Shown here in pieces: positions 62,719 through 64,000 of a stretch of DNA of 64,000 bases. Position 1 is the first letter of the stretch, and each line of letters opens with the position of its first letter. This DNA comes from Fibrobacterota bacterium (GTDB lineage Bacteria > Fibrobacterota > Fibrobacteria > UBA5070), in contig JAKPQQ010000309.1 in NCBI GenBank assembly GCA_029557215.1, forward strand, positions 55,927 through 119,926, written 5' to 3'. The notes beneath the pieces were generated by a model. The model had not been told where the DNA came from and searched no databases. It saw nothing but the letters and a program-made list of their open reading frames with translations. Made by a program: the position numbers and the translations under genes.

Positions 62719-63935
62719 GCGCGACACCCCAACCAGATCGTTGCGGCGCAAAAGGCTCCTTCCGAGAGCAGGTTGGTGATCGCCATCCCCTTGATTCCGT
62801 ACTCGGGAACGAGCCAAAGTGCCAGCAGGAATTTGAGGGTGATTGCCGGCACCATCAGAGCCAGATAGGTCCAGATCCGGTTCGCGGCCAAGAACAGGTG
62901 GTAGGCGAGGACTGCGAGCGTGGAGTTGGCCAGCAGCAATCCAAGAAGGGGCAGCACAGGAGCCGCCTGGGCGAATCCCGGAGCCCGATAAATGACCCCG
63001 AAGACAAATGGGCCTGCGATCGCCACTCCCAGGGCGAGCGCGGAGGCCAAAGCGATCTGCAAGCGCCAGACCTTCCATAGGATCACCCGCCCAGGCCGAT
63101 CGTCTCCGACAAGGCGAGGCAGGGCGATGGAGGCCAAGCCTTGAGCCAGGAATGCTCCTGCGTAGACCAGGTTGTAGGCGGAAAGCCACGCTCCGGTCGC
63201 TTCCTTGCCAAGGAAATGGTTGGCCATCCAAACATCGAGCCGCATGATCGCGGCCACCAGGAACAGGTAGCCCATGGAGCCGAGCAGCAATTCACGATGA
63301 TCCAACAGGAAGTCCCAGGAGCCTCGCAGGGTCGCGCGCATGGGGAGGATTTTCATCAATGCGCTGGAGTAGCCGAAGCAGAGGAGGAGGGGCGGGAGCG
63401 ATAGGGCCAGAAGGGCCAATCCGGATGAAGCTGGTGCGAAGGCGACGATCATGGCGCCACCCACGGAACCCAGTACGAAAGCTGTGCGCATCCGGAATTC
63501 CAGGGCTTCGAGATGGAGGGCGCGCAGGATCTGTCGAAGGAAATCGCTCCATGTGGTGACGAGCACCAAGATACCGGCGAGCATCGCCCCTGGTGAAGCG
63601 AGCGTACCGTGCGATAGGATGCTCCATGCCGCGATCAGGCAGAGGAATGCCGCGCTACCGACGAGTTTCACGCCGAGGAAAAGGGGAAATCTTCCGGAGC
63701 CCCCATCCTGGGCGATATTGCGCAATGCGAGATGACTCAATCCCAGGTCGGCGAGAGGCTGCAGCATGGAAGCTGCGGCGATGAACAATCCCATTTCGCC
63801 GTACAACGCGACGCCGAGGCGGTTGGCCACGTAGAAGTTGAGTCCTAGCAGGGCTGCTCTGCCCACGATCTCGCCGGAAAGCGTCGCCAAGACCTTGGCG
63901 ACGATGGAATGATCCCGAGAGGCTACGTGGCCCAT
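62685..63935 (-). CDS. polysaccharide/O-antigen flippase (Wzx, MOP superfamily)
   Basis: 416 aa and hydrophobic throughout, with about 12 predicted TM segments. The N-terminus LSGEIVGRAALLGLNFYVANRLG...YGEMGL is typical of Wzx/polysaccharide biosynthesis proteins. Confidence 0.8.
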   Translation of the reverse strand: MGHVASRDHSIVAKVLATLSGEIVGRAALLGLNFYVANRLGVALYGEMGLFIAAASMLQPLADLGLSHLALRNIAQDGGSGRFPLFLGVKLVGSAAFLCLIAAWSILSHGTLASPGAMLAGILVLVTTWSDFLRQILRALHLEALEFRMRTAFVLGSVGGAMIVAFAPASSGLALLALSLPPLLLCFGYSSALMKILPMRATLRGSWDFLLDHRELLLGSMGYLFLVAAIMRLDVWMANHFLGKEATGAWLSAYNLVYAGAFLAQGLASIALPRLVGDDRPGRVILWKVWRLQIALASALALGVAIAGPFVFGVIYRAPGFAQAAPVLPLLGLLLANSTLAVLAYHLFLAANRIWTYLALMVPAITLKFLLALWLVPEYGIKGMAITNLLSEGAFCAATIWLGCRAYLDWRRNTAV

Positions 63936-64000
63936 GTCGTTCGGTTTCCGGAGGATGGATTCCCTCCGGAAAAAAGGGATCTCGTCACCGGCTCTTCAGG

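Overview
A 64-kb stretch of a GC-rich bacterial chromosome. By eye most genes are about 60-70% G+C with a strong G/C third-position bias. The organism looks diderm: there are many signal-peptide and lipobox proteins, and many predicted outer-membrane beta-barrels end in an aromatic residue. I support about 50 protein-coding genes.

Content from left to right:
- 1-7.3 kb: tail of a sigma-54-type activator; a small secreted Lys/Ala-repeat protein; Sir2 deacylase, ArfB and a DksA/TraR zinc-finger protein; an aspartoacylase-family gene; hypothetical envelope proteins.
- 7.6-23 kb: a glycan-utilisation locus. It holds a GH94 phosphorylase, an orphan sugar-binding lipoprotein, two giant beta-barrels, a lipoprotein with three CBM-like modules plus a clan GH-A glycosidase, and glycogen phosphorylase.
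- 23-31 kb: an exported ComEC-type MBL lipoprotein, a Cache/HAMP chemoreceptor, and a cluster of lamin-tail-domain (LTD) proteins with beta-barrels.
- 31-33.7 kb: a degenerate TrpD-like gene overlapping bcp, and a DRTGG gene followed by a beta-barrel gene.
- 33.9-39 kb: an Ig-repeat lipoprotein followed by STAS, a secreted sCache protein and a second chemoreceptor.
- 41.3-45.9 kb: argC-argB-fmt-rsmB, then an EVE-domain gene.
- 46.1-51.9 kb: a 1915-aa secreted protein combining a gingipain-like C25 peptidase, 11 FN3 modules and two CBM3 modules, with a 3 x 537-bp tandem repeat.
- 51.9-64 kb: a surface-glycan and glycogen region (rfbB, glycosyltransferases, two methyltransferases, a flippase, GH57, hpt, YajQ, more envelope proteins).

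I found no rRNA, tRNA, CRISPR array, transposase, integrase or phage gene. Many very long ORFs in the six-frame track are antisense shadow ORFs typical of high-GC DNA, and I rejected them.

Most interesting candidates:
- the Sus-less glycan locus with paired giant barrels
- the C25 peptidase-FN3-CBM3 giant protein
- the STAS / secreted Cache / MCP module
- the LTD-cargo plus beta-barrel cluster

All family assignments come from reading motifs by eye, with no database search. Start codons are my best choices.
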